DNA of 64,000 nt from Octopus vulgaris (taxonomy: Eukaryota), in contig OX597815.1 in assembly GCA_951406725.2 (NCBI GenBank), forward strand, positions 5,022,001 through 5,086,000, given 5' to 3'. Shown here piece by piece: positions 51,798-64,000 of this stretch. The notes beneath the pieces are model-generated. The model saw only the letters and a program-made list of their open reading frames with translations, was not told where the DNA came from and searched no databases. Numbering within the stretch: position 1 is the first letter of the stretch; every line of letters starts with the position of its first letter. A program made the translations under genes and the position numbers.

Positions 51798-52320
51798 ATT
51801 CATTCATTCCTTCGGTTCCCATTGTGCCTTGTGGCACCTGAGGCGGCAGCATGATCGTTGCACTTTCTAACACTGAAAGCGTCCTTCACATCTTTTCCCA
51901 TTGTCAATCCTCTGCTTTTAAGGTCTTTCGTTATCGTCCCCCGCCACGTCTTCTTCTACTTTGTGGATCCCATTGCTAGGCGATCCTGACAACTGAGCTC
52001 GGTTTACAGCGACAAACTCGACCCAGCCATTTCCATTGCTTTGCTTCAATAGTTTCTCTCTTGTTTTTATGTTAAACTCAATATGGAAATCACCAATACT
52101 CAGGAAGAACACAAAAATACGATTTTACAAAAGCAACATACTTAGCATCCTCCTCTATGGATCCGAATGTTGGAAAACAACCAAAAGTAGTGAAAAGAAA
52201 TTGGAGGTGTTTCAAAATATATATTTACGAGAAATTTTGAAGATCTGCTGGCCGAATACGATCTCGAGTGGCCAACTACACACCATGGCTAACATGAAAC
52301 TAATCGTAATTAAATAATGT
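51798..52320. mobile_element. RTE LINE 3' end with inverted 5' segment; followed by a 180-bp tandem duplication (52197-52556)
   Basis: Plus 52060-52315 reads TKIRFYKSNILSILLYGSECW...LHTMANMKLI. Minus 52057-51798 reads ETIEAKQWKWLGRVCR... and ends in a (GAAT)n tail. Confidence 0.75.
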
Positions 52321-53061
52321 TAGATATTTTTTTCGCTTTGTCCATCGTTCTCAAAAGCATAATTACGTCTGGCCTAGAAATTGGAGGTGTTTCAAAATAT
52401 ATATTTACGAGAAATTTTGAAGATCTGCTGGCCGAGTACGATCTCGAATAGCTAACTACACACCAAGGCTGATGTAAAACTAATCGTAATTAAATAGATT
52501 TTTTTCGATTTTTTTTTTTCGTTTTGTCCATAAAGCATAATTACGTCTGGTCTAGATCTTTCTAGATGCTAAGTGTCTCTTGTAGGTCACCTTTAAGCCG
52601 AACGAGGCTAATCTTTCTCCGAATCAAAAGGATTTAAAAGGGCGTATTCTTTATCTCCGGTTTCTCTCGGATTATGTAACCGAGATATAAATCTCTGAAT
52701 CTTTAAACAGAGATACAGCAGTGTTAGTCGCTTTTATCGTGAAAGAAATTGAGTTCAATAATCCAAGTCAACGAAATATTTATCAATTTCATTGTGTTTT
52801 TCCCGCTTCCGCCTGTAAAACAAGCACAATGTCTTTCAAAGCTACGAATACCGTATTTTGCAAAATGGAAGACGCACTTTTTATGTAAAGCAAATAAACG
52901 TATATCGGTTGCCATATGATGTGAAATTTGCTTCCCAACCATATGGTTCCGAGTTCAGCCACACTTCATGGCACCTTGGACAAGTGTTCTATAGCCTAGA
53001 GCCGACCAAAGCCTTGCGAGTAGATTTGGTTGATGGAAACTGAAGGAAGCCCTTCGTTTTA

Positions 53062-53540
<479 letters not shown>

Positions 53541-53859
53541 ATACTAAGTATAAAACTTCTTTCCGCACAATTATATTTCCAGAATCAGGATGCATCGTCC
53601 ATGATGCAGCGTCTGCCATTGCGCAAAATATGGTAATATTTGGATGTCTTTGTTGCATTTGACAAGGGATACTGTAACCCTTGAGGTTTATAGCCCTTAT
53701 CGTGCCCCACCACCTCTTGAAGTGTGAACAGTATTAAGATGATTCGTCCGGGATTTCCAACAGCTGCTTCCTTGTTTAAACATTCCTGGGATATACAAAA
53801 GGCAGGTGATGTATTGCATTCCAATTCTTCAATGGGATTTCATTTTATTGACTCCAAGA

Positions 53860-54180
53860 AGCATTTGAAGAGGCCAGCAACACGCAAGTAAGACTCAAAC
53901 GAGATCTAAGGAAGAATGTAACGATCGAAATGTTGAATGACAATTACCTTTTTGTGTGTACAAGTCTGTGACAGACCATACCTGTCTTTTGCTGGCCTCA
54001 AATATCAAATGCAAACGCATGGAAAACAAACTTCCATCAACTATTCTGCCTATATGTCAGTGCACACATTTGAATGCAGTGTATGCCAGAAGGTTTGCAA
54101 ATCCGACGGAGGCCTCAAAAGACATTTTAAGATCCACAAAGAGCAGAACTTATCTACACGTTTTACAGTTTCATTTTAGA
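53860..54180 (+). mobile_element. Probable RTE-type LINE C-terminus with two C2H2-like zinc fingers
   Basis: EAFEEA...RLKRDLRK, then ..VCDRPYLSFAGLKYQMQTH and CSVCQKVCKSDGGLKRHFKIH; frameshifted. Confidence 0.55.
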
Positions 54181-54869
54181 TTTTAAAATACAGAATATAA
54201 ACCTTGAACATAGTCGTGTCTTCAATGAAGCGCATATACACACACACACACACGCAAGCACACCCACCCACACACACACGGGTGCATATGTGTGTTTGGG
54301 CACGTGTGTGTGTGTGTATGTTGTAATCTAGATTCTGTGTACACAGACGAGATATTCATATCCATCTATACACACAGTGACAGCTTATAACTCATAGATT
54401 TAACGTGTAAAACAATACAGCGTGGAAAAAAACTCAAACTGTTAATATGCTATCGATTTCTATAATATACTTCTAGACACACACACACACATTCATATAT
54501 ATATATATATATATATAGATATATATATGTATTTATGTATATATATTGAGAGAGAAAGAGAGTGAGAGAGAGAAGGCTGGAGGAGATAGTAATTGCGAAA
54601 TGTTATTAGTTTGTTCTCTATTAATTATATAACAATAATTTCGTTTGCTTTAGTCAACAGCACGTCGAACCGCCGAGCGATCAGTCGTTCGTATCGAATA
54701 TAGACGGGATACAATGATGAGTTCATTGATCATGGTTGAAATATTTCTAAATGTCCCAGCTAATCGATCGATTCTTTGTTCCAGCTGTTTTAATTTCGAT
54801 GCGTTCGAAAAGTAATTATAGGTGTAGCGACAAATGTAAATCATTGTCAACACTGCGTAATACGTTGCG

Positions 54870-55283
54870 GTTGTTGTTGTTGTTGTTGCAGGTGATGTTG
54901 CTGTTGAGCGAACGGTCTTCGTCCCAGAGCTCGCAAGATGGGAGAAGTCCGAAACGTGGTCCTTTGCTATTCGTAAAACCCGCAGAAGAGAGAGAGCAGG
55001 TCAACAACCCCCCGACACCGAGAGCATCGACCGATGGATGAATGAATGCGCATCCAGGCTCAGCGGTTGCGTAGGAAGTCGGGGACAAGAAACGGGAAGA
55101 AAGAGTGAGAGAAAGTTGGGGCGAAAGAGTACAACAGGGGTCGCCACCACCCCCTGCCGGAGCCTCGTGGAGCTTTAGGTGTTTTCGCTCAATAAACACA
55201 CACAACGCACGGTCTTGGAATCGAAACCGCGATCCTCCGACCGCGAGTCCGCTGCCCTAACCACTGGGCCATTGCGCCTCCAC
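54870..55283 (-). mobile_element. SINE family D, tail type 4
   Basis: Reverse complement of 41902-42295. Confidence 0.85.
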
Positions 55284-55321
55284 TGCTGTTGTTGTTGCTG
55301 ATGTTGTAGTTGAAGTTACAG

Positions 55322-55646
55322 AAGAGAAAGCAGGTCAACCCTCGACACCGAGAGCATCGACGGATGGATGAATGCGCATCCAGGCTCAGCGGTTGCGTAG
55401 GAAGTCGGGGACAAGAAACAGGAAGAAAGAGTGAGAGAAAGTTGTGGCGAAAGAGTACAACAGGGGTCGCTACCACACCCTGCCGGAGCGTCGTGGAGCT
55501 TTAGGTGTTTTCGCTCAATAAACACACACAACGCCCTGGGAATCGAAACCGCGATCCTCCGACTGCGAGTCCGCTGCCCTAACCCTGGGCCATTGCGCCT
55601 CCACTGCTGTTGTTGTTGTTGCTGATGTTGTAGTTGAAGTTACAGA
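55322..55646 (-). mobile_element. Tandem duplicate of the SINE D 5' part plus its flank
   Basis: Flank gttgctgatgttgtagttgaagttacaga repeated at ~55294 and ~55618. Confidence 0.8.
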
Positions 55647-55704
55647 TATTGTTGTTAAGGCTGTCGTTGTGATTGTTGCTGTAGCATTATAGATGTTGCT
55701 CGTG

Positions 55705-55900
55705 AGGGTACGTGGCTTGGTGGTTAGGGTGTTTGACTCACGAACCTATTTCTGGCCGCACGTTGTCTTCTTGAGCAGGTCACGTTATCCCACGTTGCTC
55801 CAGTTCACTCAACTGGCAAAAATGTAGTTGTACCAGTAATTGAAAGGGGGACAGCCTTGTTACATTCTGTATCACGCCGAATCTCCTTGAGAATTACTTA
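55705..55900 (+). mobile_element. Old SINE with family C core and tail type 3
   Basis: ttcttgagcagg...ctccagttcactcaactggc followed by ttgtaccagtaattgaaagggggacagccttg. Confidence 0.6.
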
Positions 55901-56211
55901 AAACCTTTTGAGATACACGGTGTTCTGGCATGTGTAGCCAAAAAGACCAAAGTTTCATTTCTTCGTTTTTGGATTTGGTTTGCAAGATTCTTTATATGAG
56001 TTTGTGTGTTGAAGCATATTCTGTTGTGTCTGGGGAGAGTCATTTTCTTTTGGTGCCTTATTATTTGACGCACTCACCGGTAAAATTTCCACTTTTTTTT
56101 TCTTATTTTTATTTTCCTAAAATTTTCCTTGCGTCTTGCAATCTTTTCAATAGTCTTTCCGTTATCTACACTGCGTTCCTTTTTGTTTGTTTGTGCGCAT
56201 GTGTGGGGGGT

Positions 56212-56245
<34 letters not shown>

Positions 56246-56374
56246 CTATGCATGCATGTTTGTGCGCATGTGTGTGGGTCAGTGTGTCTTTTGAGATTGA
56301 AATTAATATGTGTGCGTGTAGAAAAGAAAAGATAAAGTGCCGAAAACGTGTTTATTAGTATGTAAAACTACATA

Positions 56375-56930
56375 CATGGTCTGATCAATAGGTAGCCGGA
56401 CTGTTGCCATAGTAACGAAGCTAAAGCACGCAGAGTAAAGCCGTTTGGCAAAGATTGACCTTGAACTATGTTGTGCATGCGCACTAAGTTTTTAATGTTC
56501 TAGCTCACTTCCGCTGTTTATAGCAGTGTTTGGAAGGAAGGTGTGTAGTGTGTGATCGTCGCATTCACTATGATAGAGAAAGTTGTCATGGCGATACCTG
56601 CTCAGAGGCTGATGCTAAGTTGCAGAAGGTGTATTGAGAGGGGTATATGACCCCGCACAGAAGTGGAGAAGTGGTTCAGACGTTTCCAAGATGGCCGAAA
56701 ATATGTCGATATTGACGAAGTTCTGGGAGACTCGCAACCAGTAGAACTGAGAAAAACATCGCAGATGTGCGTGCAGCTGTGAGGGGAAATCGTCGAATCA
56801 CCACCCGTGAGTTATCAGAGGAAGTGCAAATTAGTTACGGTTCACTTCAGTCCATTATCACTGCAGATTTGGGTATGAGATGCGTGTCTGCCAAGTTTGT
56901 GCCAAAACTGTTTTCAGCTGACCAAAGAGA
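56375..56930 (+). mobile_element. mariner transposon 5' fragment
   Basis: KWFRRFQDGR...NRRITTRELSEEVQISYGSLQSIITADLGMRCVSAKFVPKL (HTH plus WVPxxL-like motif). Confidence 0.8.
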
Positions 56931-57738
56931 GGAGGCTTGATTTAAATATCTGCAACAAAGAGAACTTCACTAAAGGTGCTCCAGGACCATGCAGTGGTAA
57001 AACCCGAGAAGACAAGTTAAATTTGCCAACCCCAAACAAGAATGATCCTTCGAAAGGGGTCCACGCATTTTGATTTGACAAATATCATTCGCAAGGATTT
57101 GCCCAATCTGAGGCTATGGTAGAAGACATCTGTCCACGGTAGCTCATACAAGAATCGAACTCGTCATCATGTAGAAAAGCGAATTTCGTCAGAAGACAGT
57201 CACGCAAGATTCACATCTACAACGATTATTCCATGTCATGCAAGCCAAGGAAGAAGAAGATGATCTAAGTGTTAAGGAATTATTAATCATCGAAAATAGG
57301 AAGACAATTTCTGAAGAGCATCTCTTGTTTTCTAATTAGGTTGCAAAGTCAGCCATTATATATTCTACACACAATACCAAATTCCGTGTGATGGCAATTA
57401 TGGATCAAGGCGATAATATGGGTGCATAGATTAAAGAATTATTTATTAATCGCGAAATATTACCCTAGGATAGAGGGACAAGAATTTTCTCTATTTCTCC
57501 ATCTCTAGTTGTCAAGATTTTATGATGAACCATAATTTAGTAATTCCTGATACGGGAAAATACCATTTAATCTATCGATAGTCGTCTTTTCAATAACATA
57601 CACCAATAATGGTAACACGCCATTCTAATGCAATTCGTGCATTTGCTTTGCGCATTATTATTATTATACTTTTACACACACACATACACACACACACACG
57701 CACACTAACAGAGAAAAATACGCACACACACATGATAA

Positions 57739-57790
<52 letters not shown>

Positions 57791-58101
57791 CATAACATCC
57801 ATACACATATACACATATAAATATATATATATATCAGACAACATTACGTCTGATGACGTGAGATAATAAGTACACTCAATTAGTGCTTAGCTTGACTTCC
57901 CGCCTAATCTCCATCTCGATCTGCAACTAAAAATGCAGAGATGTTATAGCTACGGAAACGATGATTGGAAAGAGGCAGCGTTGTTTTAACCGAACCTACA
58001 GAGCAAAGGTATATACACGTACGTAATTCAGTTGAGTGCACCTAACACAATCCTGCCTGTCATATATATATATATATATATATATGCAGAGAGAGAGAGA
58101 C

Positions 58102-58134
<33 letters not shown>

Positions 58135-58148
58135 GACAGAGAGAGAGG

Positions 58149-58183
<35 letters not shown>

Positions 58184-58539
58184 GGAGAGAGAGAGAGAGA
58201 CAAACAGACAGACAGAGAGTAAGGGGAAGAGAGGTAAGAAGTAAAGAACCAACGAGAATAAGATAACGAATAAGGCACAGAGCAACACCAGACCAAACTG
58301 AAAAGAAGTTTAATTTGTCTCATTTCACCAGCTGCCGATCTAAAGGTCATGATGATTTCGACACCTCAAGACAGCTTCACTCATAGCGGTAGTAATTTCA
58401 AGAAGGCATTGTAATGTGTGGTGAGCAGTAAAAACAAACAAAATGTGAGGTAGTAGAATGACAAGAGACAAAACAAGGAAAAGGTCATAAAGTGTAGAAT
58501 ATTTGAACCTAACGACTAACAGGGTCACGCTGGAGAATA

Positions 58540-58729
58540 CATACACACATACATACATACAAACATACATTCATACATTCATACATACATACATACATGC
58601 ATGCATTCATAAATACATACATACATACATACATACATACATACACACACATACATACATACATACATACATACACGTACATACATACATACATACATAC
58701 ATACATACATACCTACATACATATATACA

Positions 58730-58763
<34 letters not shown>

Positions 58764-58849
58764 CATACATACATACATACATACAAACATACATGCATTC
58801 ATAAATACATACATACATACATACATACATACATACATACATACATACA

Positions 58850-58883
<34 letters not shown>

Positions 58884-59837
58884 CATACATACATACATAC
58901 AAACATACATACAAACATACATACATACATACATACATACATACATACATACATACATACATACATACATACATACAAGATGGCAGGCATAGAGATCCGT
59001 TTATAAAATATTTTTTGAAGTTTTTCTTTTACATTTATGCCGACTCCTCCAGTTTAAATCAGTAACTGGTAACACCTTTTACCAACCAACGTAGCATTAT
59101 TCAAACCAGATATTAAACATATACCTTACACCACGCTGGATTTCGCTAACAAGATTATGGCTGAAAGTAGCAACACCACCAGCGACAGAAACAGCACTAC
59201 AACAGCAGTAAGCTATTTAACAAAATGTGGCATTGTTTTCGTTCTATACATTCCAAAGATGGAGCTTGGTATCTTCGGAGGAAGAATTTATATGGTTAAA
59301 TACAAAAGAGACATACACACATACATACATACATAGATGCATACATACGTACACATATACATACATACATACATACATACATGGATGCATACATACGTAC
59401 ACATATACATACATACATACATACATACATACATACATACATACATACATACATACTATACATACATATGTACATAAATACATACGTACATACGTACATA
59501 CATACACACATACATACATACATACATACATACATGGATGCATACATACATACATACATACATACATACGTACATACATACATACGTACACACGTACATA
59601 CATACATACAAACATACGTACATACATACACACACATACATACATACATACATACATACATACATGGATGCATACATACATGCATACATACATACATACA
59701 TACATACATACATACATACATACGTACATACATACATACATACATACATACATACATACATACATACATACATACATACATACATACATACATACATACA
59801 TACATACATACATACATACGTACACATACACATACAT
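58540..59837. repeat. Two long (TACA)n arrays (58540-58976, 59312-59837)
   Basis: Seen directly. Confidence 0.95.
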
Positions 59838-60198
59838 CATAATCCCCAAAAGAAGCCAGAGAAAGACTCTAACTCGTCTCTAACGATCTTTTGCAATTGT
59901 TTCTGTCTCGAGTGAGTTGAAAGCAGAGTTTGTCCAGAAACGATTCTAACTCAGCATTAAAGACGCGTTAAAGTCTCTTCCTTTGGCTTCTTATTGGAAT
60001 TATATTTTGCTCTTCGCAAATCTCACTCAGAAGTTTTACCTTTGTGAAACTTGGAATCTCTACACCTGCCGAATTTCAATATTTGTCTGGAGTTCGAATC
60101 GTAAGAAGCCAAAAGCTCGGGTTGAGGGGTTGAGTGCTGCTTTGAAAATACCCCCTCCTTCTACTTTGCCAGAATCTTATATATGCATATATATGTAA

Positions 60199-60597
60199 CT
60201 AGCAGTATCGCCCGGCGTTGCTCGGGTTTGTAAGGGAAATAACTAAATAAGCATTTTTAGAGATGTAATGTATAATAGCCATCTCAATATGGCTAACCAC
60301 AAAGGGGGGTGGGTGTTACTGTAGCTTTTTACGTTCTGAGATTTAATAATAAATTTTTAGAGAGTTACTTCCCTTATATATGCCAAAAATGCATTAAAAA
60401 TGGGAAAAATTGATGGTAAATTATTTTAAAAATCGTAGACTCATCGTAGACGCGCGCTAATACCCAGAAGGGTTCGATATGAATCACGACTATAAGATAC
60501 CCGGTTTTGGTTAAACTGCACCGCAAAATGTGGGAGGAGTTAGGAATCTAAATCGTAGGAGACAGACAGCTCACAACCTCACTTTTATATATAAAGA
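60199..60597 (-). mobile_element. Non-autonomous Helitron H1 with a captured ~55-bp foreign insert
   Basis: A|TCTTTATATATAAAAG...CTAG|T; 60277-60325 matches 6767-6815. Confidence 0.9.
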
Positions 60598-60629
60598 TAT
60601 TAGAAATTATTGAAGAAATATAAAGCTCC

Positions 60630-60672
<43 letters not shown>

Positions 60673-60880
60673 TTATATTGTATATATACTTACATATCTA
60701 TCTATCTATCTATCTTTTTACTACTATTTACTATTTATTGTACTTTATTGATTTTTAGAATAAGGTTTTTATAGTATAATTTCCTATATGGTGTGAATAA
60801 CATCTTTATTGAATTTATTAATAGAGGTTTTTCTCTAAATTATATATATATATATGGTATATATATATATATATATATAT

Positions 60881-61051
60881 GGCGCAGGAGTGGCAGTGTG
60901 GTAAGTAGCTTGCTAACCAACCACATGGTTCCGGGTTCAGTCCCACTGCGTTGCACCTTGGGCAAGTGTCTTCTTCTATAGCCCCGGGCTGACCAATGCC
61001 TTGTGAGTGGATTTGGTAGACGGAAACTGAAAGAAGCCTGTCGTATATATG

Positions 61052-61086
<35 letters not shown>

Positions 61087-61300
61087 TTGTGTGTCTGTGT
61101 TTGTCCCCCTAGCATTGCTTGACAACCGATGCTGGTGTGTTTACGTCCCCGTCACTTAGCGGTTCGGCAAAAGAGACCGATAGAATAAGTACTGGGCTTA
61201 CAAAGAATAAGTCCCGGGGTCGATTTTCTCGACTAAAGGCGGTGCTCCAGCATGGCCGCAGTCAAATGACTGAAACAAGTAAAAGGGTAAAAGAGAAAGA
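60881..61300 (+). mobile_element. SINE family A, full length
   Basis: ggcgcaggagtggc head through gaaacaagtaaaag. Confidence 0.9.
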
Positions 61301-61699
61301 GTATATATATATATATATGTCACGTATTTGTTACGTTATGATTTGTATTAAGGAATAAGCTATAAATGTGGTCCAATCGATGTGTTGGTTAATCTGTGGT
61401 TTTCTCCATTTTCTAATTATTTGCATTGGTTCCTGATAAACTCTTGATTGTCCTTTTGTTATCTGCACTCCACGGGTATGGTGTGCCTGCACACCAATGC
61501 CCGGGGATAACACGGGTAACGGATATCGATAGTACATACAGATATTTCATCCTTTAACAAATCGACCCCAGGACTTATTCTTTGTAAGCCTAGTACTTAT
61601 TTTATCTAAGATGTTGTCTTAGAATCCTGAAATGGTCAAGATGTCTGTTTTGATGCAATAAATTTGATTGAAAGAATCAAAAGAAAAGCAAGCACTTAC

Positions 61700-61797
61700 C
61701 GTTAGTGTCCAATTTAAGTGCCGCTCTGTAAGCCAAATCACTGTCGTAGGTCATAAGGTCAGCCAAGTCTTTGAGGGTCATCCAATTTCTGGTTCCT
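61700..61797 (-). CDS. Internal coding exon of a small paired EF-hand Ca2+-binding protein gene (upstream exons probably lie beyond the window end)
   Basis: On the minus strand the acceptor is ttttaccatttcag| and the donor is G|gtaagt. The 98-nt open exon (1+96+1) reads [32 protein letters not shown](G), ending mid EF-loop in phase 1. Confidence 0.85.
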
Positions 61798-61832
61798 CTG
61801 AAATGGTAAAACAGTTTCAATATCATTCAGAC

Positions 61833-62021
<189 letters not shown>

Positions 62022-62169
62022 GTTTGCAAAATAGTGGTTTTGTCTCTAATAATATTTTATATATATATATATATAAGTTCAGCAAAATCTAGATTCAGAT
62101 GAATATGGTACTTAAGTTAGATGCACCAGAATTTTGTATGGTATTATCCATATACATCCATGGGGTGAT

Positions 62170-62942
62170 TATAATCAAAATAAGCAACAAGAATAACTTC
62201 GGTAATTTGGTACGATCGTTTCGCACTACATCATTTTATTAATTGTTGTGAGTATTACAACAGTTTTAAAATGCTGAGCACTCATCCGCCATTAATAGAG
62301 GTTTTCCATTAATACATAATTTTCATATCAAGTGATAACATTATAGAGAAGGTAGATATATAGACAAAGATGTGAATTTAAATTTTAAGAACATTTAAGG
62401 TAGTGGAGTTTATCAACTGACTGGCTAATAGTCAGTTGTTCTGAACTGCTAGAAGGTTCTGAGAAGAATGGAGAATTGAAAGGAGACAAAAAAGATTTTC
62501 TATTTATAGAAATAGGGGTGAAATAGATGTCAAAGTTCCATATAAAGAAATTTCAGTAGAGAGAGAAGGGTTGTCACACTACAGATGCCAATTACTACTA
62601 TTTAGTAAAAAGGTTTAGCATTAGGAAAATTAGGTTAATGTCAAATGGTTATAATGATCACCTTCTAGCAGTTCATAGCAACCGAATATTATTCAGTCAG
62701 CTGATAAACTCCACTACCTTAAATATTCTTAAAATTTAAATTCACATCTTTGTCTATATATCTACCTTCTCTATAATGTTATCACATGATATAAAAAATT
62801 TTGTATTAATGGAAAACTTTTATTAATGGCGGGTGAGTGCTCAGCATTTTAAAACTGTTGTAATACTTACAACATTTAATAAAAAGATGTAGTGCGAAAC
62901 GATCGTACCAAATTACCGAAGTTATTCTTGTTGCTTATTTTG

Positions 62943-62948
<6 letters not shown>
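62170..62948. mobile_element. Inverted PLE pLTR-like pair (arms 62170-62456 and 62661-62948), each with a hammerhead-like motif
   Basis: ~287-bp reverse-complement arms; the adjacent 62075-62150 also matches 34632-34710. Confidence 0.75.
62203..62294 (-). ncRNA. Hammerhead-like motif with U4>G core and long stem II (second copy 62824-62915, +)
   Basis: taatgg CGGATGA gtgct...agtgc GAAA cgatcg TA^ccaaatta; palindromic stem III. Confidence 0.55.
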
Positions 62949-62994
<46 letters not shown>

Positions 62995-63629
62995 AGTATT
63001 AATTTCTTATTTCTCATAGAGAGAAACCAATAGATACCTTCTATGTAATAAGAACTGATATATATAATCCATAATAATAAAGGGTAAAATTGATTAATTC
63101 ATTAATAATTAATAAGTAGTAGTAACTACCAAGTAGTTCAGTATGTTAAAAGAACCATTATCGGTAAACTTATACATAAAATTTTATAATTATGAGTATA
63201 ATTATAATTAGGGTTCGGCAAAAAATTTGCTTCACCACATATCGAAATTTAGAAATAGCAGTTAAAACTATTTCACTACTATAAGAAAATCTCACAGATA
63301 GTAATACTCAACAACCCACGCAGGTAAAGAGAAAAAAATAACGAATCCACCTGGTTTTGATTAACCGTGTGCGCGTTTCGGAGTTAGAGAGGTGTGAAAA
63401 AATGCAGAATCATATTTCATTGAAGTGAATAGTATTTGATAAATTCTAGAAAGGAACGAAAGTGCTATTAATAATGAAGAAATAAAAGGATTTTTTTTCC
63501 AAAATTCTGACGACATTTTTTCTCAATATTCAATTCTGTACATTACATCTAACACTCTATACACACACACACACACACACGTATGTGTGTGTGTGTGTGT
63601 GCGTGCGTGCGTGATTATGTTTGTATATA

Positions 63630-63783
63630 CAGTAGTACCTCGGTTTACGAAGGCCTGTGATCGCGAATAAATTGTGCTTATATATATATATATATACATA
63701 TATATCTATATCTATATCTATCTATATATGTAAAGCGCGATTTGTTCGTGATCAGAGATATTCGAAAAACCGAGGTACTACTG
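63630..63783. mobile_element. Tigger/pogo-like MITE
   Basis: TA|cagtagtacctcggttt ... aaaccgaggtactactg|TA: perfect 17-bp TIRs. Confidence 0.85.
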
Positions 63784-63808
63784 TATATATGTGTGTGTTT
63801 ATGTGTGC

Positions 63809-63847
<39 letters not shown>

Positions 63848-63949
63848 TGCATGTGTGCGTGAGTATTTATGCTTATGTGTGCGTGTGTATGTGTATATAT
63901 ATATACATATGTGAGTGTGTTTATGTGTGTATGTGCGTGTATATGAATA

Positions 63950-63988
<39 letters not shown>

Positions 63989-64000
63989 GTATATATATAT

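Noticed and set aside
53937-54179. Host C2H2 zinc-finger gene
   Set aside because: The first finger is broken, there are no TGEKP linkers, and it follows an RTE-like C-terminal stretch; more likely LINE-derived.
61340-61550. Short minus-strand ORF MKYLYVLSISVTRVIPGHWCAGTPYPW...
   Set aside because: No splice acceptor in a compatible phase and no motif; flanked by SINE pieces.

Overview
AT-rich, microsatellite-saturated animal genomic DNA, most likely an octopus or other coleoid cephalopod (inferred from the tRNA-SINE families and the (TA)n/(TACA)n/(TAA)n load). Almost all ORFs in the supplied track are microsatellite or repeat artefacts. One host gene is supported, and the ORF track misses it: two minus-strand exons (61797-61700 and 40565-40504) joined across a 21.1-kb GT-AG intron rebuild a canonical EF-hand loop (DTNG|DGVISMDE) and a stop codon. 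The rest is a dense transposable-element landscape. It includes a rearranged Helitron Rep/PIF1-helicase remnant and five short non-autonomous Helitrons sharing one 3' end. A Helitron-carried ~450-bp cargo module occurs 7 times and sits at the start of (ACC)n arrays, one of them 2.65 kb. Penelope-like remnants carry about 10 minimal type I hammerhead-ribozyme motifs, several with recurring non-canonical cores. There are also four modular tRNA-SINE families, two LINE copies with twin-priming-like 5' inversions, a U6 snRNA retrocopy fused to a SINE 3' half, RTE/CR1/RLE/Tx1 LINE fragments, Tc1/mariner/Tigger remnants and foldback hairpins. All calls were made by eye, without database searches; repeat boundaries are approximate unless termini or TSDs are quoted.
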